Part shown: piece after piece, positions 19,319 through 27,661 of the stretch
Position numbering within the stretch: position 1 is the first letter of the stretch
How the letters are laid out: every line of letters starts with the position of its first letter
Assembly (NCBI GenBank): GCA_944372665.1
Contig: CALVZV010000001.1
Coordinates: 4,714 to 68,713 of the forward strand
Direction: 5' to 3'
Length of the DNA: 64,000 bases
From: an uncultured Clostridia bacterium
GTDB lineage: Bacteria; Bacillota; Clostridia; Christensenellales; DTU072
Translations under genes and position numbers: made by a program
Notes under the pieces: model-generated
Database searches by the model: none
The model's input: the letters and a program-made list of their open reading frames with translations, nothing else
Told to the model about the DNA's origin: nothing

Positions 19319-21519
19319 AATACGTTAACAGAGAGTACGGCATAAATTCCAGGCCGCCGTTTGTAAAGGATTTTTCCGAGGAGTCTTCCGCGGGCGTTAA
19401 GATCACCGGAAGCTGTTATCCCGAGCGCCCCGTAACGGCGACGGGGTCGGTCCCCGATATTCCTAACGGCGCAGTCGTTGCGGGAGTGCTGGGTAGCGTA
19501 TGGCTTATCAAGTTTTCCGTTTTCAGAAACGGCAAATGGCTGGACTCGGAAGATTTTATGAGCTTGGACTATACCGCATGCGACCGCGATGGGCGTTTCA
19601 GGTATCTTATGGCGGCAGGTACCGCGGTGTCGTTCGTGAAGTACGACCGTTCTTCGGTGGTAATGAGTCTTTCCGCGCTTGAAAAAATTAAGGTCAGGAT
19701 AGAGTTCAGAGAACTTACGGGCGGCGCACGCGACATGAAGCTGCAGATGAATACGCTGTTTGCCGCCGCATCGGAACATGCCGTGATAAAAGGAGAAAGC
19801 GAGGTCAAAGAAAATTTCGTCGCGCATACCGGGCGTTACGAGGTGCAGTTCGGAGAGGAGGGCAGAACGGAATACGCTTCCGCGACTATATATAAAAGCA
19901 ACACGGGCGGCAGTTACGACTTAAAGAGCGACCATGCGCTGTACGACGTCGAACTGAATACCGAAAATTCGCGTCTGACAGTCTATATGCGCGTGGGTGA
20001 CGAAAATTCCGTCAGGGATATCCCATCGGAAGAGGAGCTTAACCGCGGCGTGGGCAACGCGGAGCTGGAATATTCCGCGTCCAAGCCGACAGGTACGGGC
20101 GAGCTTGCGGGGCAGATCTCGGATACTGTCAGCCTTGTATACTCGCACCGCGTTTACGACAGACTGTCTATGGGTATAAAATACGTTGAAAGCCGTTCTT
20201 TTGCGGACGTGACTCTGACCGATGAGCCGACAGCCGCCGCGGCGGGCGTCATCGCCGCCGCAAAAGCAGGCGCGCCGGACGCGGAAAACGCCGTACGTTT
20301 CGCTTCCGAACCGGTGCTTGGCGCGTTGGCTGCGTGGACGACCTACGTGCTGACCAGGGACAGAAATATTCTGGAAAAGGCATATCCAAAACTCGGTGTT
20401 TGTTTCGGTGACGACTGGAAACTTATCGTGTCGGGTCCGGACAGACATGAGATCGCCTATAAAATGGAGGGCTCTCCGTTGAAAGAATTAGGTGCGGAGC
20501 CCGCGTATTCGCTGGAGTTTTCCACATACAAACTGCTTGCCGCCGAAATAAAAGCCATGGCGGCCGCCGCTCTGGGATACGAGAACGAGCGTGCCGCGCT
20601 AAAAGAAAAGATTGCCGCTTACGTGACGGCGTTCAACGACTGTTTCTTCGACCCCAGAATCGGCATTTATATGGACAGGTACGTTTCCGGCGGATTTACG
20701 GGCGTTTACGGGGCTACCTCGTTTCTGCCTGCGGCGACCTCGGCGGTCAACTCCCCGGAGATCCTCGATTCGCTGCTGGTCAACATCGAGGACGAAAAGA
20801 AGTTTATGACTAAAGCGCCTCTGCCCGTGCTCTCCGCGGACCACCCGGCATACGGCAAAGCGATTTTCGATAAGATGACATATATCGCACCGTATTCGGC
20901 ATATACCGGAAGCGCAGTGCCGTATATAAATTATCTCGTGTATACGGGCTTATGCAGACTGGGCGCGGAAAAATGCGCCGAGAAACTGGCCAGGAGGCTG
21001 GCGGAATCGAACAGGGCGTATTTTTCACGTTACGCTGCTATACCGGACAGACTTTTACCGAATTATAAAATAGACGAATCGGGTTACCGTGATTCGCTTT
21101 CCGGGACCCTGACTGGGCTGATAGGCGTAAGTCAAGTGCTGGACGCGGAATATTTCGGCACTGACCTGAGACCGTCGCTAAGTTTCGGGGTGCTGTCGGG
21201 AGGCAGACACTCCGTATCCGGGATCAAGATATTCGGCCGCTCCGTTTCGGTAAACGTGGCGCCCGATTCCTGTTCGCTGACGGTAGAGGGTAGAAAGGTT
21301 TTCGAGGCGGTGGGCGGCAGCTGCAGGGTCAGAAGATTCGCCGAACGCGAAAACGGCATGGATTTCTATATCATGTCGCCCGGCTCTCTGACGTTGACGG
21401 TAAGCTGTCCCGTTTTCGTCTCCGATCCGAGACCGCGCCGCGTGCTCAGATTCAATCTGGAGGCGGGCAAGCACCGCGTTTGCGTGACGGGCAAAGACTT
21501 TATTGCCGAAAAATTATAA
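19315..21519 (+). CDS. Uncharacterised 734-aa protein; the C-terminal half resembles an (alpha/alpha)6-barrel GH63/MGH1/trehalase-like glycoside hydrolase (tentative)
   Basis: Long ORF with ATGA overlap to glcK. No signal peptide. The C-terminal region has helix-repeat spacing reminiscent of GH63-like enzymes (AAWTTYVL..., YMDRY..., PYINYLVYTGLCRLG), but the usual YWRGP-type motif is degenerate. Confidence 0.65.
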   Translation: MKYVNREYGINSRPPFVKDFSEESSAGVKITGSCYPERPVTATGSVPDIPNGAVVAGVLGSVWLIKFSVFRNGKWLDSEDFMSLDYTACDRDGRFRYLMAAGTAVSFVKYDRSSVVMSLSALEKIKVRIEFRELTGGARDMKLQMNTLFAAASEHAVIKGESEVKENFVAHTGRYEVQFGEEGRTEYASATIYKSNTGGSYDLKSDHALYDVELNTENSRLTVYMRVGDENSVRDIPSEEELNRGVGNAELEYSASKPTGTGELAGQISDTVSLVYSHRVYDRLSMGIKYVESRSFADVTLTDEPTAAAAGVIAAAKAGAPDAENAVRFASEPVLGALAAWTTYVLTRDRNILEKAYPKLGVCFGDDWKLIVSGPDRHEIAYKMEGSPLKELGAEPAYSLEFSTYKLLAAEIKAMAAAALGYENERAALKEKIAAYVTAFNDCFFDPRIGIYMDRYVSGGFTGVYGATSFLPAATSAVNSPEILDSLLVNIEDEKKFMTKAPLPVLSADHPAYGKAIFDKMTYIAPYSAYTGSAVPYINYLVYTGLCRLGAEKCAEKLARRLAESNRAYFSRYAAIPDRLLPNYKIDESGYRDSLSGTLTGLIGVSQVLDAEYFGTDLRPSLSFGVLSGGRHSVSGIKIFGRSVSVNVAPDSCSLTVEGRKVFEAVGGSCRVRRFAERENGMDFYIMSPGSLTLTVSCPVFVSDPRPRRVLRFNLEAGKHRVCVTGKDFIAEKL

Positions 21520-21546
21520 ATTAAGAGCGGAATTTGTGTTTTTCGC

Positions 21547-21582
21547 TTGCAATTTATATTCACTTATGATATCGTAGATAAT
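21547..21582 (+). promoter_or_regulatory. Promoter region for rplU-prp-rpmA (exact hexamers ambiguous)
   Basis: TTGCAA (21547-21552), 17 nt, TATCGT (21570-21575). Alternative reading: TTTATA, 18 nt, GATAAT (21577-21582). About 80 nt of 5' UTR follows. Confidence 0.3.
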
Positions 21583-21658
21583 GCCGCTCGGAAGAGGCTT
21601 ATTAAGTGCGCGATGCGACGCCTCGACGGCGAGTTCCTGAAGGGAGGTTTAAACGGAT

Positions 21659-21964
21659 ATGTACGCAATCATCGCTACGGGCGGAAAGCAGTACAAGGTC
21701 AGCGAAGGCGATACCGTCAAGGTAGAGTTGTTGAAAGCCGAGGTCGGCTCCAAGATTACGCTGGACGTACTCGCGCTCATGACCGACGACGAGTTAAAGG
21801 CGGGGAAAGCCGTTGACGGAGCAAGCGTCAGCGCGGAAGTCACCGCTCACGGCAAAGGCAAGAAAATCAACATTTTCACCTACAAAGCCAAGAAGAACAT
21901 TCGTAAAAAACAAGGCCACAGACAACCGTACACCGAGCTTAAAATACTCGCGATCAACGCTTAA
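21659..21964 (+). CDS. rplU: 50S ribosomal protein L21
   Basis: [20 protein letters not shown]... 101 aa. GGGAGG SD. Confidence 0.96.
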   Translation: MYAIIATGGKQYKVSEGDTVKVELLKAEVGSKITLDVLALMTDDELKAGKAVDGASVSAEVTAHGKGKKINIFTYKAKKNIRKKQGHRQPYTELKILAINA

Positions 21965-21967
21965 TCC

Positions 21968-22282
21968 ATGACCTGTATTACAATCACTCGTTCCCGGGGG
22001 CATATCGTCAAGGTTAAGGCGGAAGGCCATACGGGATATGCGGAAAGCGGTTCCGACATAATTTGCGCCGCGGTCAGCGCGCTGACGCAGGCGGCACGGG
22101 AAGGGCTTGAAAAAGTCCTGGGAATGAAAGTGAAAGACTCAACGCGCGACGGGTTCAAAGAATTTTCGATAAAGGAATACAATCCGGAATCGGACGCGAT
22201 ACTCGAAACAATGGCGCTTGCGCTGAAAGATATCGCAAAACAATACCCTCGCTACCTAAAAACGGAGGATCAGACGATATGA
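21968..22282 (+). CDS. prp: Ribosomal-processing cysteine protease Prp (YsxB family)
   Basis: 104 aa lying between rplU and rpm[21 protein letters not shown] contains the His/Cys catalytic pair region. Confidence 0.85.
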   Translation: MTCITITRSRGHIVKVKAEGHTGYAESGSDIICAAVSALTQAAREGLEKVLGMKVKDSTRDGFKEFSIKEYNPESDAILETMALALKDIAKQYPRYLKTEDQTI

Positions 22283-22557
22283 TAAATCTTCAATTATTCG
22301 CCCATAAGAAAGGATCGGGCAGCTCCAAGAACGGACGCGACAGCCATGCGCAACGTCTGGGACCGAAGAGATCGGACGGTCAGTTCGTGCTGGCGGGCAA
22401 CATCCTCGTCAGACAACGCGGCACAAAATTTCATCCCGGCACCAACGTCGGCATCGGCAAGGACGATACGCTTTTCGCTCTCATAGACGGAGTGGTCCGT
22501 TTCGAGCGCAAAGGGCGTTACGACAAAAAAGTCAGCGTTTATCAAAAAGAGGCTTAA
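22279..22557 (+). CDS. rpmA: 50S ribosomal protein L27 (with N-terminal propeptide)
   Basis: [22 protein letters not shown]...; 92 aa. ATGA overlap with prp. Confidence 0.96.
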   Translation: MINLQLFAHKKGSGSSKNGRDSHAQRLGPKRSDGQFVLAGNILVRQRGTKFHPGTNVGIGKDDTLFALIDGVVRFERKGRYDKKVSVYQKEA

Positions 22558-22573
22558 GCCCTTTTTTCCCCGC

Positions 22574-23404
22574 ATGAAGTACGAAATTTCCTGCGGCAAA
22601 ATCTTAATAGAAGATACCTCGGAATTCTCCCCGAAACACATTTTGGAATGTGGGCAGGTTTTCAGGTACCTAAACTCGAGTTCAGGCTACAAAATATTTT
22701 CGAAAAAATCATTTTGTAGCTTGATTTATAATAACGGCTATGTTACAATAGATTCGACCGATACGGATTACTTTGTCCGATATTTCGATCTGGAGCGTGA
22801 TTACGGGGATATCAAACGGAGACTTTCGGGATACCCTCTGATGACGGAGGCGATCGGCTACGGCAGCGGTGTCCGCATATTGAACCAGGATCCGCGAGAG
22901 ATGATCATAAGTTTTATCATTTCCGCGAACAATAACATTCCGCGCATCAAAGGCATCATCGAAAGGCTGTGCCGGGCGCGCGGCGAAAGGCTTTCCGAGG
23001 GAGGATACGCTTTCCCGGACACGGAAGCTCTGAAGGGTCTGGACCGCGATTTTTATGCGGGTCTGGGCGCGGGATACAGAGCCGATTATCTGGTCAAAAC
23101 GGTCGACGCGCTGAACGGAGACTTCGATACCGAGATCGGCGGTCTGCCGCTTAAGGAAGCCCGCAAAAGGCTCATGAGTCTTTCGGGGGTGGGCAGGAAG
23201 GTAGCCGACTGCATACTGCTTTTCGGATATCATCGCAGCGACGTTTTCCCGGTTGATACGTGGATAGAGAAAATATATTCGCGCATCTCGGGCGAAACGG
23301 ACCGCAGCGCGGTATACATAGCGGATAAAATGTCGGAATATTACGGAGATTTGGCAGGGTACGCCCAACAATATCTGTACTATTACGCCAGAGAAAATAT
23401 ATAA
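22574..23404 (+). CDS. ogg: 8-oxoguanine DNA glycosylase / HhH-GPD family N-glycosylase-lyase
   Basis: 276 aa. The HhH-GPD region LSGVGRKVADCILLFGY...VFPVDTWI has the catalytic Lys/Asp arrangement of the Ogg family. Confidence 0.8.
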   Translation: MKYEISCGKILIEDTSEFSPKHILECGQVFRYLNSSSGYKIFSKKSFCSLIYNNGYVTIDSTDTDYFVRYFDLERDYGDIKRRLSGYPLMTEAIGYGSGVRILNQDPREMIISFIISANNNIPRIKGIIERLCRARGERLSEGGYAFPDTEALKGLDRDFYAGLGAGYRADYLVKTVDALNGDFDTEIGGLPLKEARKRLMSLSGVGRKVADCILLFGYHRSDVFPVDTWIEKIYSRISGETDRSAVYIADKMSEYYGDLAGYAQQYLYYYARENI

Positions 23405-23430
23405 ATATACATTATATGGAGGATGTTGTA

Positions 23431-24015
23431 ATGAACAAGCCCAAAATGATTATACTTGCGGACATCGGAAGTCTGAAAGTAACCTGCAACGGCTTCAAGC
23501 AGATCGTAAAGAACCTGGAAGCGAAATTCGAAGTTGTCACCTGCAAATTCTACTCTTACGTAGCAAAGCGCAACCGCGACTACAACGAATACATTTCCGC
23601 AAACGGATTCGCTACCTCTCTGCCCAGCGCCAGTCGTCGTCGTAACAAGCTGGATTGCCGTCAGGTGATTGACGCTGCCGATATAGCTGCCGTAGGCAAT
23701 ATCGACGCCGTAGGTATGATTACCGGCGAAGGGGATATACTTCCCGTTATCGATATGTTAAAGACCAAGGGCATAGACGTTTATGACATCAACGTAGTGG
23801 AAGGCAAATACGCTTATGCGTATACCGGATTCATCGCGGTTCCCACCTCCGCTCTCCGCGAAGGCTATACCGCTCCCGCGACCAAGGCTCAGCAAAAGCG
23901 CGCTCCGAAGCCCGTGCAGCCCAAACCCGCGGCGCCTCAGGGAGAATCCGAATACCTCGCCGAGGCCAGAAGGATCCTGGACGGCAACTCCATATTCAAC
24001 AAATACCGCAGATAA
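23431..24015 (+). CDS. NYN/LabA-like domain protein with Pro/Ala/Gln-rich C-terminal tail
   Basis: Start moved to the ATG at 23431 because the GGAGG at 23419-23423 lies inside the ORF-track start. VIDAADIAAVGNIDAVGMITGEGDILPVIDMLKTKGIDVY resembles the LabA/NYN core. Confidence 0.6.
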   Translation: MNKPKMIILADIGSLKVTCNGFKQIVKNLEAKFEVVTCKFYSYVAKRNRDYNEYISANGFATSLPSASRRRNKLDCRQVIDAADIAAVGNIDAVGMITGEGDILPVIDMLKTKGIDVYDINVVEGKYAYAYTGFIAVPTSALREGYTAPATKAQQKRAPKPVQPKPAAPQGESEYLAEARRILDGNSIFNKYRR

Positions 24016-24042
24016 ATTTATCTGCAGAATAACACGTATTTC

Positions 24043-24073
24043 GACGCCGGCTCCCGTGGGGGTCGGCGTTTTG
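24043..24073 (+). terminator. Rho-independent terminator after the NYN-like gene
   Basis: Stem ACGCCGGC / G(T)CGGCGT (24044-24051 / 24062-24069) followed by TTTT. Confidence 0.6.
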
Positions 24074-24138
24074 ACGCAAAAAACAGGAATCTGAGATCAG
24101 GTGCTGCGGTTTTGCGCAGACGTGTATTGTGAAAATAC

Positions 24139-24167
24139 TTGACAGGCGCGTTTGGTTTTGGTATAAT
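24139..24167 (+). promoter_or_regulatory. Consensus sigma-A promoter of the ylxM-ffh-rpsP... operon
   Basis: TTGACA (24139-24144), exactly 17 nt, TATAAT (24162-24167). Confidence 0.7.
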
Positions 24168-24200
24168 CGCTGTATAGTAAAATTACTTGACAGGTAGCAA

Positions 24201-24521
24201 ATGCTCGATCACGTGAAAATGGGGCTTCTCGCCGATTACTACGGCGGACTGCTGACGGAACACCAGTTAAAGATAGTGCGCGGATACTATGACGAGGATC
24301 TGTCCCTGAACGAGCTTGCCGAGATAACCGGTATCAGCCGTCAGGCGGTGCACGACATTCTGCGCCGCGCGTGCGACAAACTTCTAAGGTATGAACAAAA
24401 ACTCGGGCTGGTCGCCAAGATCGCCTGTCTGCAGGCGCGGATAGAGGACGTAATTGTATCCACGGATACCAAAACTGCCGATACTTTGCGCAATATACTT
24501 GACGAAATAAAGGAGATATAA
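24201..24521 (+). CDS. ylxM: YlxM/UPF0122 helix-turn-helix protein (SRP-associated)
   Basis: 106 aa. YYDEDLSLNELAEITGISRQAVHD matches the YlxM HTH. Lies immediately upstream of ffh. Confidence 0.87.
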   Translation: MLDHVKMGLLADYYGGLLTEHQLKIVRGYYDEDLSLNELAEITGISRQAVHDILRRACDKLLRYEQKLGLVAKIACLQARIEDVIVSTDTKTADTLRNILDEIKEI

Positions 24522-25850
24522 ATGGCGCTTTTCGGTTCGTTGTCTGAAAAGATAAATCACGCTTTTTCAAAGCTGAAAAACAAAGGGGCGTTGACGGAAC
24601 TCGAAATCAAAAACGCGATGCGCGAAGTCAGAATCGCGCTTTTGGAAGCCGACGTCAATTATACCGTAGTCAAAGAATTCATCAACCGTGTTTCCGAAAA
24701 AGCCAAGGGCGAGCTGATACTGAAAGGGCTGGAAAGTTCTCATCAGGTCGTGAAGATCGTAAACGACGAACTCGTCGAGCTGATGGGTTCCAAGCATGCC
24801 AAGCTGGAAGTCGCGGACAGACCGCCCACGGTATATATGATGTGCGGACTTCAGGGCGCGGGCAAGACCACGATGTGCGCCAAACTCGCCGGGCTTCTGA
24901 AAAAGGATAATAAGCGCGTACTTCTGGCGGCGTGCGACGTGTACCGTCCCGCCGCGATAAAACAGCTGCAGGTAGTGGGCGAAAAGGTCGGCGCCGAAGT
25001 CTTTGCGATGGGGCAGATAAATCCCGTCGACATAGCGGCAAAAGCCGTCGAGTACGCATCCAAACAGGGCTTTGACACGGTTATTATCGATACGGCCGGC
25101 AGACTTCACATCGACGTTTTGCTTATGGACGAACTCAAAGCCGTCAAAGCCAAGGTGAATCCTAAGGAAATATTGCTTGTCGTCGACGCCATGCTGGGAC
25201 AGGATTCCGTAAACGTGGCGGCTACGTTCAACAACGAACTGGGGCTTACCGGCGTTATTCTTACAAAGCTTGACGGCGACACGCGCGGCGGCGCGGCGCT
25301 TTCCATAAAAGCCATCTGCGGCAAGCCCATAAAATTCGTGGGCACCGGCGAAAAATTGACGGACATAGAGCCGTTCCATCCCGACAGAATGGCGTCGAGG
25401 ATACTGGGTATGGGCGACGTCATGACTCTGATCGAAAAGGCGCAGAACGCCATTTCGGAAGAAGACGCCCAGAAGATGGCGAAGAAGATGAAAGAAAATT
25501 CTTTCGATCTCGAGGACTATCTCACTCAGCTGAACAGCATGAAAAAGATGGGCGGCATGCGCGATATGCTGGAGATGCTTCCCGGCATGGGCGCCAAGCT
25601 GAAAGGCGCCGACCTCGAGGTCGACGAAAAGCAGCTGGAAAAGACAAAAGCCATCATTTTGTCGATGACGCCCAAGGAGCGCAGGAATCCGCAGATACTC
25701 AACGCTTCCAGGAGAAGGCGCATAGCGCGCGGTTCGGGTACCGAGGTGCAGGACGTCAACAGGCTGTTGAACCAGTTCGAACAGACCAAGCAGATGGTCA
25801 AAAAACTGGCTACGGGCAAGATGCCTTTCCCGATACGCGGGCTGAAATAA
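24522..25850 (+). CDS. ffh: Signal recognition particle protein Ffh
   Basis: 442 aa. GLQGAGKTT, DTAGRL and TKLDGD GTPase motifs, plus a Met-rich M domain. Confidence 0.96.
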   Translation: MALFGSLSEKINHAFSKLKNKGALTELEIKNAMREVRIALLEADVNYTVVKEFINRVSEKAKGELILKGLESSHQVVKIVNDELVELMGSKHAKLEVADRPPTVYMMCGLQGAGKTTMCAKLAGLLKKDNKRVLLAACDVYRPAAIKQLQVVGEKVGAEVFAMGQINPVDIAAKAVEYASKQGFDTVIIDTAGRLHIDVLLMDELKAVKAKVNPKEILLVVDAMLGQDSVNVAATFNNELGLTGVILTKLDGDTRGGAALSIKAICGKPIKFVGTGEKLTDIEPFHPDRMASRILGMGDVMTLIEKAQNAISEEDAQKMAKKMKENSFDLEDYLTQLNSMKKMGGMRDMLEMLPGMGAKLKGADLEVDEKQLEKTKAIILSMTPKERRNPQILNASRRRRIARGSGTEVQDVNRLLNQFEQTKQMVKKLATGKMPFPIRGLK

Positions 25851-25916
25851 GAAAATAAACCGGAAAAACGGCTTTAAACGTAAAAATATCAAGATTACAA
25901 ACGGAGGACACTCTAT

Positions 25917-26252
25917 ATGGCAGTAAAAATCAGACTTCACAGAATGGGCGCAAAAAAGAATCCTTTCTACCGCATCGTAGCTATCGACTCCAGAAAGTCG
26001 CGCGACGGCGAATATATCGAGCAGATCGGTTACTATAACCCCAAGACTCATCCCGCCGAGATCAAGATAGATAAAGCGATCGCCGAGAAATGGCTCTCCG
26101 TAGGCGCTCAGCCCACCGACACCGTAAAGGCGCTGTTCGTCAATGCGGGTATAGTCAAAGCCGCATACAAAAAGGCGGCGGAAACCGCTCCCGCCGAGGT
26201 GAACGCCGTGGACGCCGCGGTCGAGGCAGCCGTCCGCAGCACCGAGGAATAA
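25917..26252 (+). CDS. rpsP: 30S ribosomal protein S16 (with Ala-rich C-terminal extension)
   Basis: [26 protein letters not shown]...; 111 aa. Confidence 0.95.
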   Translation: MAVKIRLHRMGAKKNPFYRIVAIDSRKSRDGEYIEQIGYYNPKTHPAEIKIDKAIAEKWLSVGAQPTDTVKALFVNAGIVKAAYKKAAETAPAEVNAVDAAVEAAVRSTEE

Positions 26253-26253
26253 T

Positions 26254-26484
26254 ATGCGCGATTTCGTAGATTTTCTCGTCAGACAGATAGTCGACGAAGG
26301 CAGCTACGAGATAGTCATGCTTGACGACGGCGACAACGTCGATATTAAAGTTTACGTCGACAAGGACAAAGTGGCGCGCCTTATCGGCAAATCCGGCAGA
26401 CTCGCCAAAGCCATACGCACGATAGTCAAGGCTGCCGCTCAGGGCTCCGACAGACGTTACGACGTTTATATCGAGGAAAGATAA
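26254..26484 (+). CDS. ylqC: KH-domain RNA-binding protein (YlqC/KhpA family)
   Basis: 76 aa. The GKSGRLAKAIRTIV motif is GxxG KH type. Conserved position between rpsP and rimM. Confidence 0.87.
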   Translation: MRDFVDFLVRQIVDEGSYEIVMLDDGDNVDIKVYVDKDKVARLIGKSGRLAKAIRTIVKAAAQGSDRRYDVYIEER

Positions 26485-26976
26485 ATGCTTCCGCTCGGCA
26501 TATTGCGCCGCGCGCACGGCGTGCGCGGCGAGATCAAGCTTTCGACGGAGATGCCGGAGCGCTATTTATCGTCGCTGACCGCGTTGTCGGTGGGCGGAAA
26601 GCGTTATGAGATCGAAAAAGCGCGTCCCGTACCCGACGGCGCTATCGTAAAGCTGAAAGGGATCGACGATAAAACGCTTGCCGACTCCGTTCGCGGCGAA
26701 GCCTTTATCCCCGACGACGCCCGTCCCGTTCTTGACGAAGGCGAATATTTCCTCGACGACGTCATCGGCGCCGAGGTCGCTTTCGAAGACGGGGAAACTT
26801 TGGGAAAGGTCAGGGAGATAGTCAGAGGCGCCGCCTGCGACGTATGGAGCGTGAAAGGCGAAACGGAGATAATGTTCCCGGTCATATCCGGGCTTATAGC
26901 GGATATGGACATCCCTTCGCGCCGCGTGATCCTTTCGCGCGGAGTTTTCGACAGGGTGGCGGTGTATGAAGATTAG
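26485..26976 (+). CDS. rimM: 16S rRNA processing protein RimM
   Basis: 163 aa. GILRRAHGVRGEIKL is typical of the RimM N-terminus. Synteny supports the call. Confidence 0.9.
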   Translation: MLPLGILRRAHGVRGEIKLSTEMPERYLSSLTALSVGGKRYEIEKARPVPDGAIVKLKGIDDKTLADSVRGEAFIPDDARPVLDEGEYFLDDVIGAEVAFEDGETLGKVREIVRGAACDVWSVKGETEIMFPVISGLIADMDIPSRRVILSRGVFDRVAVYED

Positions 26977-27661
26977 CGTACTGACTCTTTTCCCCGAAGC
27001 CTATGCGGCGCTGAATCAAGGCATTATCGGCAAAGCCCTCGAAAAGGGCTTATTTTCGCTTGAAATAACCAATATCAGGGATTATTCCGCCAACAAGCAC
27101 AAAAAATGCGACGATTATCCGTTCGGCGGCGGCGCGGGCATGGTAATGACGCCGCAGCCGCTGCACGACGCCATCGCCGCCGCCGACCCGGAGCATAAAG
27201 CCAAGCGTATTTATCTCAGCCCTAAAGGCGAGAAACTTACCCAGGCTGCGGTATGCGCGCTTGCCGGCGAAAGCGAGATAATGCTGGTGAACGGCTCCTA
27301 CGAGGGCATCGACGAAAGGATCATCCAACTGGACATCGACGCCGAGATTTCGATAGGAGATTACGTGCTGACGTCCGGAGATCTGGCGTCCATGGTGCTT
27401 ATAGACGCCGTCGCCAGATATATACCCGGGGTTTTGGGTTCGGAACAATCGACCGAGGAGGAAAGCTTTTCGGACGGGCTGCTGGAGTATCCGCAGTATA
27501 CGCGTCCGCAGGAGTTCATGGGACTAAGTGTGCCTCAGGTGCTTGTCAGCGGTAATCATGCCGAAATAGCTGCCTGGCGCCGTGAGCGCAGTCTGGAAAT
27601 CACTGCCATGCGCCGGCCCGATCTTTTGGAAAAACTTAAAAACAGAGGAGAAGGGGTATGA
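26966..27661 (+). CDS. trmD: tRNA (guanine37-N1)-methyltransferase
   Basis: 231 aa. MKISVLTLFPE..., DDYPFGGGAGMVM, GSYEGIDERI. Confidence 0.95.
   Translation: MKISVLTLFPEAYAALNQGIIGKALEKGLFSLEITNIRDYSANKHKKCDDYPFGGGAGMVMTPQPLHDAIAAADPEHKAKRIYLSPKGEKLTQAAVCALAGESEIMLVNGSYEGIDERIIQLDIDAEISIGDYVLTSGDLASMVLIDAVARYIPGVLGSEQSTEEESFSDGLLEYPQYTRPQEFMGLSVPQVLVSGNHAEIAAWRRERSLEITAMRRPDLLEKLKNRGEGV

Noticed and set aside
21547-21816. An 89-aa + strand ORF starting at the TTG of the rplU promoter region and overlapping rplU out of frame.
   Set aside because: Arg-rich, out of frame with a certain ribosomal protein gene, and its start codon is actually the -35 hexamer.
24567-26051. A 494-aa minus-strand ORF covering all of ffh and reaching into rpsP.
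   Set aside because: It is exactly antisense to a strongly supported gene. Its composition (Arg/Phe/His/Leu-rich, no motifs) is typical of the shadow frame, which stays open because the sense strand avoids TTA/CTA/TCA codons. It has no SD or promoter.
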